A stretch of 64,000 bases of DNA, from the NCBI GenBank assembly GCA_965207915.1, contig OZ242304.1, forward strand, positions 2,065,805 to 2,129,804. Reading direction: 5' to 3'. Position numbers and translations under genes: made by a program. Below are positions 27,384 to 36,575 of this stretch, piece by piece. The notes beneath the pieces are model-generated. The model saw only the letters and a program-made list of their open reading frames with translations, searched no databases and was not told the DNA's origin. This DNA comes from Chloroflexota bacterium (GTDB lineage: Bacteria; Chloroflexota; UBA11872; VXNJ01). Every line of letters starts with the position of its first letter. Positions within the stretch are counted from its first letter, which is position 1.

Positions 27384-28280
27384 ATGCCACGCATCAACCG
27401 AGCGATCGAGCTGCTGGAATCCGGCCAACCGGTCTACTACACGGCGGCCGGCGAAATCAGCTACGAGGGCGGCCTTGCCGAAGCCGCGACCTGGGCCGAT
27501 TTCCTTTTGATCGACTACGAGCACCGCCCGTTCGACATGACCGCGTTGCGGAGTTTCATGCGCGGACTGGTCGATGCGGGACCGACGCGTTCCGGGCACC
27601 GCATGCCGGCGATCTTCTGCACCCTGCCGGCGTCGGGCAAATCCGCGTCGGAAGTGCTCGACAACCAGTGGCAGATTACCCATCTGCTTAATGCCGGAGT
27701 TCACGGGCTTGTGCTCTGCCGGGCCCGCGATCCGGAGGCGGTCAAGGCTTTCGTCGACTGCTCCCGCTTCGTTTTTCACCGTAACGCCGAAGGCGGCCCC
27801 GGCACCGGTCTGCGCGGCAACGGCGGTCAACAGCACCCGGCCGAAATATGGGGCATAAGCCCGGAGGAATACCTGCAGCGGGCCGATCCGTGGCCGCTGA
27901 ATCCGGCCGGCGAGCTGCTGCTGGGCCTAAAGCTCGAGGACCAGGAGTGCGCCGCCGCCGCCGACGAATGCCTGGCGGTGCCCGGCCTGGCCTATGCCGA
28001 ATGGGGTCCGGGCGACATGGGGATGTCTTTCGGTTATCCGACCAACCACGATCCTCCATACCCGCCGGAAATGGAAGTTGTTCGCCAAAAAATCAAGACG
28101 GCCACGCAATCGGCCGGCCTCGCCTTCCTGATGAGCTGGGACGATGCGGAGATGAGCCCGGAGGACAAAGCCCGATTCCTCTTCGACAACCAACAGGTCA
28201 AAGTCGTCGCGGCCGGTCCCAACGGGGCCGCATTTGCCTCGGTCGGGCGACGCCACACCGGTCGCCGGCTGCCGGCCTGA
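27384..28280 (+). CDS. HpcH/HpaI aldolase/citrate lyase family protein
   Basis: IDYEH, GLKLED, EWGPGDMG, ADPWPLNPAGELL. Confidence 0.8.
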   Translation: MPRINRAIELLESGQPVYYTAAGEISYEGGLAEAATWADFLLIDYEHRPFDMTALRSFMRGLVDAGPTRSGHRMPAIFCTLPASGKSASEVLDNQWQITHLLNAGVHGLVLCRARDPEAVKAFVDCSRFVFHRNAEGGPGTGLRGNGGQQHPAEIWGISPEEYLQRADPWPLNPAGELLLGLKLEDQECAAAADECLAVPGLAYAEWGPGDMGMSFGYPTNHDPPYPPEMEVVRQKIKTATQSAGLAFLMSWDDAEMSPEDKARFLFDNQQVKVVAAGPNGAAFASVGRRHTGRRLPA

Positions 28281-28284
28281 CGGA

Positions 28285-29058
28285 ATGGGCGGTCAGGCTC
28301 AGATGGATACCAGATCGGCGCTCGCCGCATTGGGGTCAGGCGCCGAACTCCTCACCGCCGCCGAGCGCGAGTCGCTCGATCGGGAGGGGTATCTGGTTCT
28401 ACACGACCTGATTTCGCCGGCCGAGCTGGCTCCCCTGCGGCGGCGTTTCGACGAACTGCTGGCCAGCGAGGACGGCCTGGGCCGCGAGGTGCATTCGGAG
28501 TCCAACGTCGATCGCCTGGCCAATCTGGTGAACAAGGGGCGTGAATGGGAAATCTGCTATTCCCACCCCAAGGTTTTGGCGGCGGTCTGGCACGTAATCG
28601 GCGGCGAATTCCACCTTTCGTCGCTCAACGGCCGCTCGGCCCCGCCCGGCCACGGCCATCAGGCGTTGCATTGCGACATCTACGCCGGCCAGCCCGGCCC
28701 CGGATTCCGGGCCTGCAATTCGGTCTGGATGCTGGACGATTTCGTCCCCGACAACGGCCCGACCCGGCTGGTTCCCGGCAGTCATCGCCGGGCCACCAAA
28801 CCGGAGGAATTGCTCGACGACCCGTCCGCTCGGCACCCGCAGCAGATTCTGGCGCTGGGCCGGGCCGGAACAGTAATCGTCTTCAACGCCCTCACCTGGC
28901 ACGGCGGGACGCGCAATCAGACAACGCGCGAACGGCGCGCGCTGCACTCATTCTGGGTGGAACGGTCGCTGCAGCAACAAACTGACCAGCGCCAATGGCT
29001 GGCGACCGAAACCATCGCGCGGTTTTCGCCGGCGCTGCGTTTCCTGGTGGACGTTTAG
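28285..29058 (+). CDS. Phytanoyl-CoA dioxygenase (PhyH) family Fe(II)/2-oxoglutarate oxygenase
   Basis: GYLVL, HxD (LHCD), LDDF..DNGPT.LVPGSH, WHGG..N...RR. Start is 28285 or 28303. Confidence 0.88.
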   Translation: MGGQAQMDTRSALAALGSGAELLTAAERESLDREGYLVLHDLISPAELAPLRRRFDELLASEDGLGREVHSESNVDRLANLVNKGREWEICYSHPKVLAAVWHVIGGEFHLSSLNGRSAPPGHGHQALHCDIYAGQPGPGFRACNSVWMLDDFVPDNGPTRLVPGSHRRATKPEELLDDPSARHPQQILALGRAGTVIVFNALTWHGGTRNQTTRERRALHSFWVERSLQQQTDQRQWLATETIARFSPALRFLVDV

Positions 29059-29163
29059 CCGCCCGGACCGCTTGGATCAAGCCAGCCAGACCGCGCCGTT
29101 CTCGGTAATCTTTCTGCAACGGGCCGGGGCAGCCGCGTCCGGGAGTTGATGGTGGAGAAGGCG

Positions 29164-29928
29164 ATGAAAACGGCCGAGGCCCTGAGCGCGCTGGGAGTTG
29201 CGTCGGACACCCTGAGCGTGGAGGAAAAATCCCAACTGGACGAACGCGGGTACTTGTACCTGCACAATGTGCTCACCGCGGACCAGCTTGAGGCGATTCG
29301 CCAGCGATTTGACGAGATCGAATCTAGCGAGGGCGATGAGGCTGGCGAGGAGATGGCTCGCGTCAAGGAAGCCGGCATCGGGCGGCTGGCCAACCTGGTG
29401 GAGAAGGGCGTGGAGTTCGCTCCCTGCTACACCCACCCCAGGGTGCTGGCGGCGATGGCCCACATCATGGGCGAAGAAATCCACTTCGATTCCCTGAACG
29501 GCCGGAACTGCCCGCCCGGCGAAGGCCTTCAGGCCCTCCACCGCGACGCCATGGGTTCGACCGACGAAACCGGTTTCCGGGTTTGCCAGAGCCTCTGGAT
29601 CCTGGACGACTTCACGTCGGTTAACGGCGCCACCAGAATCGTGCCCGGGACTCATCGATCAAACGAGGATCCGCGCGAGGTCATGGAGGACCCCAAAGCT
29701 TCCCATCCGGACGAGGAATTGGTATTGGCGCCGGCCGGATCGGTGGTGATTTTCAACGGCCACTGCTGGCACGGCGGGACCCAGAACCGCAGCCAGGGCC
29801 AGCGCCGCGTGCTGCACGGCTGCTACGTGCGCCGCGACCAGGAGCAGCAGCAGGTCCAGGCCGAATGGCTCTCGCCCGAAACCATCGGCCGTTTATCGCC
29901 GGCGGAGCGCCACATCCTGCACGTATGA
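29164..29928 (+). CDS. PhyH family dioxygenase (tandem paralog)
   Basis: GGAGAAGG before ATG at 29164. LHRD, LDDF..NGAT.IVPGTH, WHGG..N...RR. Confidence 0.88.
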   Translation: MKTAEALSALGVASDTLSVEEKSQLDERGYLYLHNVLTADQLEAIRQRFDEIESSEGDEAGEEMARVKEAGIGRLANLVEKGVEFAPCYTHPRVLAAMAHIMGEEIHFDSLNGRNCPPGEGLQALHRDAMGSTDETGFRVCQSLWILDDFTSVNGATRIVPGTHRSNEDPREVMEDPKASHPDEELVLAPAGSVVIFNGHCWHGGTQNRSQGQRRVLHGCYVRRDQEQQQVQAEWLSPETIGRLSPAERHILHV

Positions 29929-29939
29929 GCGTTTAAACC

Positions 29940-31106
29940 GTGTCCGATCGGGCCCGCGTCGGAATCATCGGCGGCGGAATCGTCGGGTCCTCGATCGCCT
30001 TTAACCTGGCGAACGCGGGAATCAGCGATGTAGTCGTCATTGACCGCGGTCCGTTGCCGGGATGGGGGTCGACGGGGCGCGCCGCCGGCGGTTTCCGGCA
30101 CCAGTTCCCCCACCCGGCCGACATCGCCTTTTCGCGTTTCGCGTTCGAGCGGTTCCGGCGGTTTGAAGCCGACACCGGCGTCGACCCCAACCTGAGGATG
30201 CACGGATACCTGTTCCTGGCGCAAAGCCAGGCCCGCCTCGACCAGTTGCGCGGAATCCACCAGGTTCAGCGCCAGGCGGGACTGTCGGAAGCGGTGATGC
30301 TTGATCGCGAGAGCGTGGCCGAACTCGTGCCTCACGTGGTGGTCGACGACGTGTTAGGGGCCTCGTTCTGTCCGCTGGACGGGTTCCTGGACCCGCTGTA
30401 CATCATGCACGGCTACGCCCGCGCGGCCCGCGCCCGCGGAGTCCGCTTCCGACTCGGCCAGGAGGTCGAGCGGGTGGTTGTTACGAACGGCCGGGTGCAA
30501 AAGCTTCAGGGGCCGGGCCTAGACCTGGAAGTGGAATGGGCGGTGGTCGCCGCCGGCGCCTGGAGCGGACGCCTGCTCAGGCAACTGGGCGTTGAGTTGC
30601 AACTGGCTCCGGTGCGGCGCCAGATTGCCGGCACCCACCCCCTTCCGCAACTGCCGTCGGACTCGCCGATGACCTTCGATGACGACGGATTCCACTTCCG
30701 CAAGGACCACCTGGGCGGGGGCGGCGCCAACTTGATATGGGAAGACCCGGCAGAGCCGGAGAGCTTCAACCAGGAATTCGACGTAGCGTTCGGCGCCGTC
30801 CTCCGAGAACGCCTCGTGAGCCGCTTAAAAGACCCGGGCGAACCGCTATTGTCGCCCCGCCGCAGCTGGGCGGGACTCTACGCCGTCACCCCCGACCACC
30901 ACCCTTACATCGGGCCGCTGCGGGATCCGGCCGGAATAATCCTGGCGGCCGGGTTTTCGGGCCACGGCGTGATGCATTCGCCGGCCACCGGTTGGAGCGT
31001 GGCGCAGATGATCGCCAACCAAGAAACCCCCGACCTGACAGCACCCTACTCACCCTATAGATTCGAGCGCGGTTCTCAATTCCCGGCCACCGGCAACATC
31101 TACTGA
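29940..31106 (+). CDS. FAD-dependent oxidoreductase (DAO/sarcosine oxidase beta-like)
   Basis: IIGGGIVG, GSTGRAAGG, VVAAGAWS, WAGLY..TPDHHP.IG, GFSGHG. Confidence 0.9.
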   Translation: MSDRARVGIIGGGIVGSSIAFNLANAGISDVVVIDRGPLPGWGSTGRAAGGFRHQFPHPADIAFSRFAFERFRRFEADTGVDPNLRMHGYLFLAQSQARLDQLRGIHQVQRQAGLSEAVMLDRESVAELVPHVVVDDVLGASFCPLDGFLDPLYIMHGYARAARARGVRFRLGQEVERVVVTNGRVQKLQGPGLDLEVEWAVVAAGAWSGRLLRQLGVELQLAPVRRQIAGTHPLPQLPSDSPMTFDDDGFHFRKDHLGGGGANLIWEDPAEPESFNQEFDVAFGAVLRERLVSRLKDPGEPLLSPRRSWAGLYAVTPDHHPYIGPLRDPAGIILAAGFSGHGVMHSPATGWSVAQMIANQETPDLTAPYSPYRFERGSQFPATGNIY

Positions 31107-31119
31107 CCGGATAAGGTCC

Positions 31120-31143
31120 CACCGCCGGCAATGGCCGGCGGTG
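31120..31143. terminator. Hairpin between convergent genes (probable terminator)
   Basis: CACCGCCGGC-AATG-GCCGGCGGTG, 10-bp stem, no clear U tract. Confidence 0.5.
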
Positions 31144-31174
31144 CAATGTATTCGAACGGCGGCGCGACGGAGTA

Positions 31175-32014
31175 CTAGCCGACGTCGACGGGCGTGCCGA
31201 TCATGCTGCCCCACTCGGTCCATGACCCGTCGTAATTGCGAACGTCGGAGACCCCGATCAGCTCCTTCAGGACGAACCAGGTGTGCGAGGAGCGCTCGCC
31301 GATCCGGCAGTAGGCGATCGTTTCCTGGCCCGGGGACACGCCCTTGGAGCCGTAGATTTCGTTGAGCTCATCGGCCGACTTGAAAGTGCCGTCGCTGTTG
31401 ACGGCCGTCGCCCACGGAACGTTGGCGGCTCCGGGGATGCGACCCATTCGCTGAGCAGTTTCCGGAAGACCCGGCGGGGCCATGATCTCGCCCCGGTACT
31501 CCTCCGGCGCGCGCACGTCGATCAAGACCACGTCGCGCGAGAGCGCGTCCAAGACCTGCGGCTGGTAGGCGCGCAGCGACTCGTCGCGGGCGCGGGCGCG
31601 GTAGCTGCTGCGGGGGTAGGAGACCGGGTCGGTGCTGAGCGCGCGCCCGTCCAGCTCCCACTTGACCCGCCCGCCGTTAAGCAGATGCACGTCTTCGTGA
31701 CCGTAAAGCCGGAACTGCCAGTAGGCGAAGGCCGCGAACCAGTTGTTGTTGTCGCCGTACAGGACCACGCGGGTGTCGTTGGCAATGCCGGAGGCCGAGA
31801 GCAGCTCCTCCCAGTCGTCCTGGTTGACGATGTCGCGGCGGATGTTGTCGGAAAGCTGGGTCTGCCAATTCCAGCCGACCGCCCCCGCGATGTGGCCGCT
31901 CTCGTAGGCGGACGTGTCAACATCGACTTCGACGAGACGCACGTTGCTGTCGGCGCCATGCTGTTCGACCCAGTCGGCGGAGACCAGCGCGGATGGATTT
32001 GCGTATTCGGCCAT
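31175..32014 (-). CDS. Tandem-domain rhodanese/thiosulfate sulfurtransferase (CysA/SseA type)
   Basis: LVEVDVD..Y..GHI.GA, YGDNNNWFAA, active-site YCRIGERSSHTW, NYDGSWTEWG. Confidence 0.95.
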   Translation of the reverse strand: MAEYANPSALVSADWVEQHGADSNVRLVEVDVDTSAYESGHIAGAVGWNWQTQLSDNIRRDIVNQDDWEELLSASGIANDTRVVLYGDNNNWFAAFAYWQFRLYGHEDVHLLNGGRVKWELDGRALSTDPVSYPRSSYRARARDESLRAYQPQVLDALSRDVVLIDVRAPEEYRGEIMAPPGLPETAQRMGRIPGAANVPWATAVNSDGTFKSADELNEIYGSKGVSPGQETIAYCRIGERSSHTWFVLKELIGVSDVRNYDGSWTEWGSMIGTPVDVG

Positions 32015-32076
32015 GGTGGTTCCTTTGAGGAATGCCGTGAGCATCAAGCGAGCCGCCGGTCGCGGCAATCTTTACC

Positions 32077-32105
32077 AATATAGTCAATTTGGTGGGAAAT
32101 ACCAA
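32077..32105 (-). promoter_or_regulatory. Probable promoter of the sulfurtransferase in an AT-rich patch
   Basis: Minus strand TTGGTA (32105-32100), 17-bp spacer, TATATT (32082-32077). Confidence 0.45.
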
Positions 32106-32137
32106 TCAACGCCCAGATTAGTGCTTGGAATCGGACC

Positions 32138-32575
32138 ATGGTTATCGACACGCGGCCGCAGGCCGGGGACGGCTTTCAAATCCTGGTGCGCGATCGGATC
32201 GGTCGCCATGACGCGGTCCTGGCACGGTCCGAAGGACCCGCCCCGCATCGATTCGCGATCTATGTCCGTCCCGAACCAGATCGGCGGTTCGGCCGGCGCG
32301 CCTTCAAGGAGGGGCACGCCCTGATGCTGCTCGGGTTTGCACCGCGACCGCGCTGCAAGTTCTTCGTCCGCGGCTGCGCCCTGGCCGGTGGTTTCGAACT
32401 CCTGCTCCCCGCGAAAGCGGACCCGGACGAGGAATCGAGCGCCCGGGAGCTGTTTGCCCGGCTGGGGGACGGGTTGGAGGCCGTTCTTGACCGGGTCGCG
32501 GATGCGATCGCCGCCGGCCAGGACCTGGGCTTGGCGCCGGTTCCGCCACCCGCCCCACGCTATACAGGGGCTTGA
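32138..32575 (+). CDS. Hypothetical protein (145 aa)
   Basis: ATG-started ORF filling the gap upstream of the hydantoinase operon, with normal amino-acid composition. No motif recognised. Confidence 0.55.
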   Translation: MVIDTRPQAGDGFQILVRDRIGRHDAVLARSEGPAPHRFAIYVRPEPDRRFGRRAFKEGHALMLLGFAPRPRCKFFVRGCALAGGFELLLPAKADPDEESSARELFARLGDGLEAVLDRVADAIAAGQDLGLAPVPPPAPRYTGA

Positions 32576-32600
32576 AAGAAATTCAGCTGGTTGAACGCCG

Positions 32601-34721
32601 TTGACCGAACCCGGACCATCTGATCCAGCCGATTCCCCGGATCCCGACACGCTACCGGGCGGGACCCTGGTGGGAGTGGACATCGGGGGCACTTTTACCG
32701 ACGTCTTGACATTCGACGAGCGCCAGCGCCGGCTGCGGGTCGCCAAGGTGCCGACCACCGCCGACCAGTCGCGCGGGCTGATTGCGGCCCTCCACTCGCT
32801 GGCGGTTCCCTGGGCCGAGATCGCCCTGGTCACGCACGGAACCACCGTTGCCACCAACGCGATATTGGAGCGCAAGGGCAGCCGCTGCGGATTGATCGCC
32901 ACCCGCGGGTTCCGCGACATCCTCGAATTGCGACGCCGCGATCGTCCGCATCTTTATGGCCTCACCGGCAGTTTCGAGCCCTTGATCCCACGTGATCTGC
33001 GTCTTGAAGTGACCGAGCGAATCGGGTTCGACGGGGCGGTCGTCGACCGGCTCTCGGAGGACGATGTCGTCGCCGCGGGCGAATGGCTGGTGGAACAGGG
33101 CGTAGAGGCCGTCGTCGTCGCGTTCCTGAACTCGTACGTCAACCCGGCCCATGAACTGGAGGCCAAATCGATCTTGGAAGATCGCTGGCCGAAGCTGCAC
33201 GTTTCCGCATCGGCCGAAGTCCTGCCTGTGCTGAGGGAGTTTGAGCGCACCAGCACCGCAGTCGTCAATGCCTACGTGCAGCCAACCATTTCACGCTACC
33301 TGGCTGGCTTGCAGACTCGCCTGCGCCGCCGCGGCGCCCCCGGCGAGCTCTTCATCGTCCAATCCAACGGCGGCATGATATCTGCCAGCGCAGCGAAAAA
33401 ATTTCCGGTCCAGACGGTCCTCTCGGGCCCGGCTGCCGGCGTGATCGCGGCCGCCAGCCTGGCCAAGCAGTGCGGCGAGTCGAATCTGATTTCCTACGAC
33501 ATGGGGGGCACCAGCCTGGACGTCGCGCTGGTGATTGACGGGAATCCGCAGACCAAGAGTGGAATCGAACTGGAATTCGGAATCCCGATCATGGCTTCAA
33601 TGGTCGATATTGACTCGGTCGCGGCCGGCGGCGGCAGTATTGCCGCCGTCGACGCCGGCGGGATCCTGCGGGTGGGCCCCGAGAGCGCCGGTGCCGACCC
33701 CGGTCCAGTCGGGTACGGGCGGGGCGGAATACGGCCAACGTTCACCGACGCCCAACTCGTGCTTGGCAGGATCAATCCCACTTACCCGATAGCCGCCAGC
33801 GCGGGCCTTGAGCTAGACGTGCACCGGGCCGAGACGGCGATCGCCGAGCAAATCGGAGAACCCCTCGGACTGCCTGCGGCGGCCGCCGCGCAGGCGATAG
33901 TCACGGTGGCCACCAACCGGATCGCGGGAATCCTGCGGCGCGCAACGGTTGACCGCGGCCACGATCCACGCGACTTTGCCCTGTTCGCGTCCGGCGGCGC
34001 CGGTCCGCTGCTGGTAAGCGCATTGCTTACCGAGCTTGGCGCCGAAAGGGCTCTGATTCCGAGCGCGCCCGGTATCGTCTCGGCCTGGGGATGCGCAATA
34101 GCCGACCGCCGCCATGATCTGGTGACAATGCTCAATGTCCGGCTGGAGGATCTGGACCTGGGCGAAGCCGCGAGACTTTTGGCCGGGCAAGAGAAGCGCG
34201 GCCGCGAAATGCTCCGCCAGGAACCATTGCCATTGACGGGGGTCGAGGTCATACGCGAAGCCGAGTTCGCATACCAGGGGCAGACTCACTTGGTGCGGGC
34301 GCGGTTGCCGGCCGGCCGGTTAAGCCGGGTCGACATGGCGGAAAGTTTTCGTCGCGCCTACCGGCGGCGCTACCGGCAATCGGAGGCCTACTTTGAAGGG
34401 TTGGGCCGACTGCTGGAGGAGATTCCAATCCGGCTGCTCAGCCTGCGCACGGCGGTAATAGGCATCCGCCCCGCCCTTTCGCTAAGCGATTACCTAGTAA
34501 AGCCCGATACCGAGCTGAAGGACGCCTACAAGGGAACGCGTCCGGTATACGCCGATGGAAAAATAATCGATTGCCCGACCTACGAGCGCGCCAAGCTTCC
34601 CTGGGGAGCGCGCATCGAAGGCCCGTTGATAGCCGAACAACCGGACGCGACCACCTGGCTCGAGCCAGGGTTTGAAGCCACCGTCACCGAGGGCGGGAAC
34701 CTGCTGGTGGGGAAAACCTGA
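32601..34721 (+). CDS. Hydantoinase A/oxoprolinase family, ATP-binding subunit
   Basis: GVDIGGTFTD, HGTTVATNA, EFERTST..NAYV, SGPAAG, DMGGTS, GGGS, GPESAGADPGP. Confidence 0.93.
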   Translation: MTEPGPSDPADSPDPDTLPGGTLVGVDIGGTFTDVLTFDERQRRLRVAKVPTTADQSRGLIAALHSLAVPWAEIALVTHGTTVATNAILERKGSRCGLIATRGFRDILELRRRDRPHLYGLTGSFEPLIPRDLRLEVTERIGFDGAVVDRLSEDDVVAAGEWLVEQGVEAVVVAFLNSYVNPAHELEAKSILEDRWPKLHVSASAEVLPVLREFERTSTAVVNAYVQPTISRYLAGLQTRLRRRGAPGELFIVQSNGGMISASAAKKFPVQTVLSGPAAGVIAAASLAKQCGESNLISYDMGGTSLDVALVIDGNPQTKSGIELEFGIPIMASMVDIDSVAAGGGSIAAVDAGGILRVGPESAGADPGPVGYGRGGIRPTFTDAQLVLGRINPTYPIAASAGLELDVHRAETAIAEQIGEPLGLPAAAAAQAIVTVATNRIAGILRRATVDRGHDPRDFALFASGGAGPLLVSALLTELGAERALIPSAPGIVSAWGCAIADRRHDLVTMLNVRLEDLDLGEAARLLAGQEKRGREMLRQEPLPLTGVEVIREAEFAYQGQTHLVRARLPAGRLSRVDMAESFRRAYRRRYRQSEAYFEGLGRLLEEIPIRLLSLRTAVIGIRPALSLSDYLVKPDTELKDAYKGTRPVYADGKIIDCPTYERAKLPWGARIEGPLIAEQPDATTWLEPGFEATVTEGGNLLVGKT

Positions 34722-36452
34722 ATGACGGTCGATCCGATCACCCTGGCGGTCCTGCAGGGGAGCCTTGAGCAAATTGCCGACGAGATGGACACCACGCTCG
34801 AGCGCATGGCCTTCTCCCCGGTGATCTCGGACGGCTGGGATCGGGCCAGCGGAATCTACCACCCCGACAGCGGCGAGATCATAGTCCAGGGACCGCGCGG
34901 GCTGCCGAATTTCATCTACGTAATGGAATTCACCGTCCGCTCGGTAATTGAATGGGTCGATGAATTCGCTCCCGGCGACGTGTACATCGTCAACGATCCC
35001 TATCTGGGCGGCACCCATCTGATGGATGTGAAGATGGTCAAGCCGGTCTTCTACCGGGACCGGCTTACCGCGTTTGTCGCCACCAGCGGCCACTGGCCGG
35101 ATATCGGTGGGCGGGTCCCGGGCGGATTCTCGACCAGGGCAACCGAGGTCTACCAGGAAGGGCTGCGCCTACCTCCGGTCAAGCTCATGGACCGGGGTCG
35201 GTTAAACCGCGACGTGCTCGAGATCATCTTGCGGAACGTGCGAGTTGCATCCGAGCGCCAGGGCGACATCATCGCCAAGATTGCCGCGCTCGATGTCGGC
35301 GGCGACCGCCTGGTCGAACTGCTGGGCCGCTACGGCCGGGAAACCCTGTTTGCCGGCATCGCGGAGCTTCGGAGTCGATCGGAGCGGCTGATGCGATCCC
35401 ACATCGAGACGGTTCCCGACGGCACGTACGCATTTGTCGACCATCTGGACAGTGACGGAATCGTCTGGCAACCACTGAAGATCGATCTCCGAATGACCGT
35501 TTCCGGCAGTGCTGTTCATTTCGATTTCTCCCGGAGCAGCCGGCCTTGCCGGGGACCGCTCAACAGCGTATTGAGCACATCGATTTCCGGGGCCTACATC
35601 GCCGTCAAGCACCTGTTCCCGGATGTCCCGATAAATGCGGGTTGCTTTGTGCCGTTCACCTTCGACTTGCCGGAGTCGACCTTTCTAAATGCCCAGCCGC
35701 CGCGCCCGGTCGCCGGTTGTGCCTCCGAGGTGTGCCAGCGAATCATCGACGTCGTACTCGGCGCATTCAGCCAGGCGATTCCAGATCGTTGCTATGCGGC
35801 GCCCATGGGCACGGTCACCAACGTCTCGGTCGGCGGAGAGGACCCGGAGCACGGACCCTACGTTTTTTACTCGTTCATCGGCGGCGGATACGGGGGGAAC
35901 TACCTCACCGACGGCCTCAACAACGGCAATCCGACGATCGCCTTGGCCCGGACCCAGGCGCTGGAAATCTTCGAATCCAGATACCCGGTCATTTTCCGGC
36001 GTTACGCGCTGCGTGAGGGATCGGCCGGAGCCGGCCGGCTTCGTGGTGGCTTGGGGGTCATATTCGAATTCGAGCTCCTGCGCGGGACGGCCGTCGGTTC
36101 GATGCTGGGGGAAAGGGGACGCTTCGCTCCGTTTGGAATCTTGGGCGGTGGACCCGGCCAGCGCGCCCGGCACACTTTTGTCCTGGAAGGCCGAGATTAT
36201 CGGCCGGCTCACATCACCAAGGATGAGGACGTAGCTATGCGGCCGGGCGATCGCCTCCGCCTGGAAACTCCGGGCGGCGGCGGTTACGGGGACCCCCTGG
36301 ACCGACCGGCCGCAAAAGTTGCCGGGGACGTGCGGCAAGGGTACTTGGACCCGGCCGCCGCCCGGCGCGATTACGGGGTCGTCGTTCGGCCTGAGGATTG
36401 GTCGGTCGATGTCGAGGCTACGGAGCTCCTGCGGAGCACCCGAGGACCCTAA
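34722..36452 (+). CDS. Hydantoinase B/oxoprolinase family subunit
   Basis: DPITL, NDPYLGGTHLMD, HWPDIGG, EGLRLPPVKL, GAGR.RGG.G, TPGGGGYGDP. Confidence 0.93.
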   Translation: MTVDPITLAVLQGSLEQIADEMDTTLERMAFSPVISDGWDRASGIYHPDSGEIIVQGPRGLPNFIYVMEFTVRSVIEWVDEFAPGDVYIVNDPYLGGTHLMDVKMVKPVFYRDRLTAFVATSGHWPDIGGRVPGGFSTRATEVYQEGLRLPPVKLMDRGRLNRDVLEIILRNVRVASERQGDIIAKIAALDVGGDRLVELLGRYGRETLFAGIAELRSRSERLMRSHIETVPDGTYAFVDHLDSDGIVWQPLKIDLRMTVSGSAVHFDFSRSSRPCRGPLNSVLSTSISGAYIAVKHLFPDVPINAGCFVPFTFDLPESTFLNAQPPRPVAGCASEVCQRIIDVVLGAFSQAIPDRCYAAPMGTVTNVSVGGEDPEHGPYVFYSFIGGGYGGNYLTDGLNNGNPTIALARTQALEIFESRYPVIFRRYALREGSAGAGRLRGGLGVIFEFELLRGTAVGSMLGERGRFAPFGILGGGPGQRARHTFVLEGRDYRPAHITKDEDVAMRPGDRLRLETPGGGGYGDPLDRPAAKVAGDVRQGYLDPAAARRDYGVVVRPEDWSVDVEATELLRSTRGP

Positions 36453-36575
36453 GCGACCGGCCGGGGCAATCTGAGAATTCGCGTCGCCGGAGCCCCCGGC
36501 GGTCAATATATAAGGAGTTGACCCTCTCGCCGTCCGCGCGAGGGCTTTGAATCGCGCGAGAACTGGAACAAACGC

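Noticed and set aside
32601-36452. Acetone carboxylase acxAB
   Set aside because: No gamma subunit, and the motifs fit generic HyuA/HyuB equally well.
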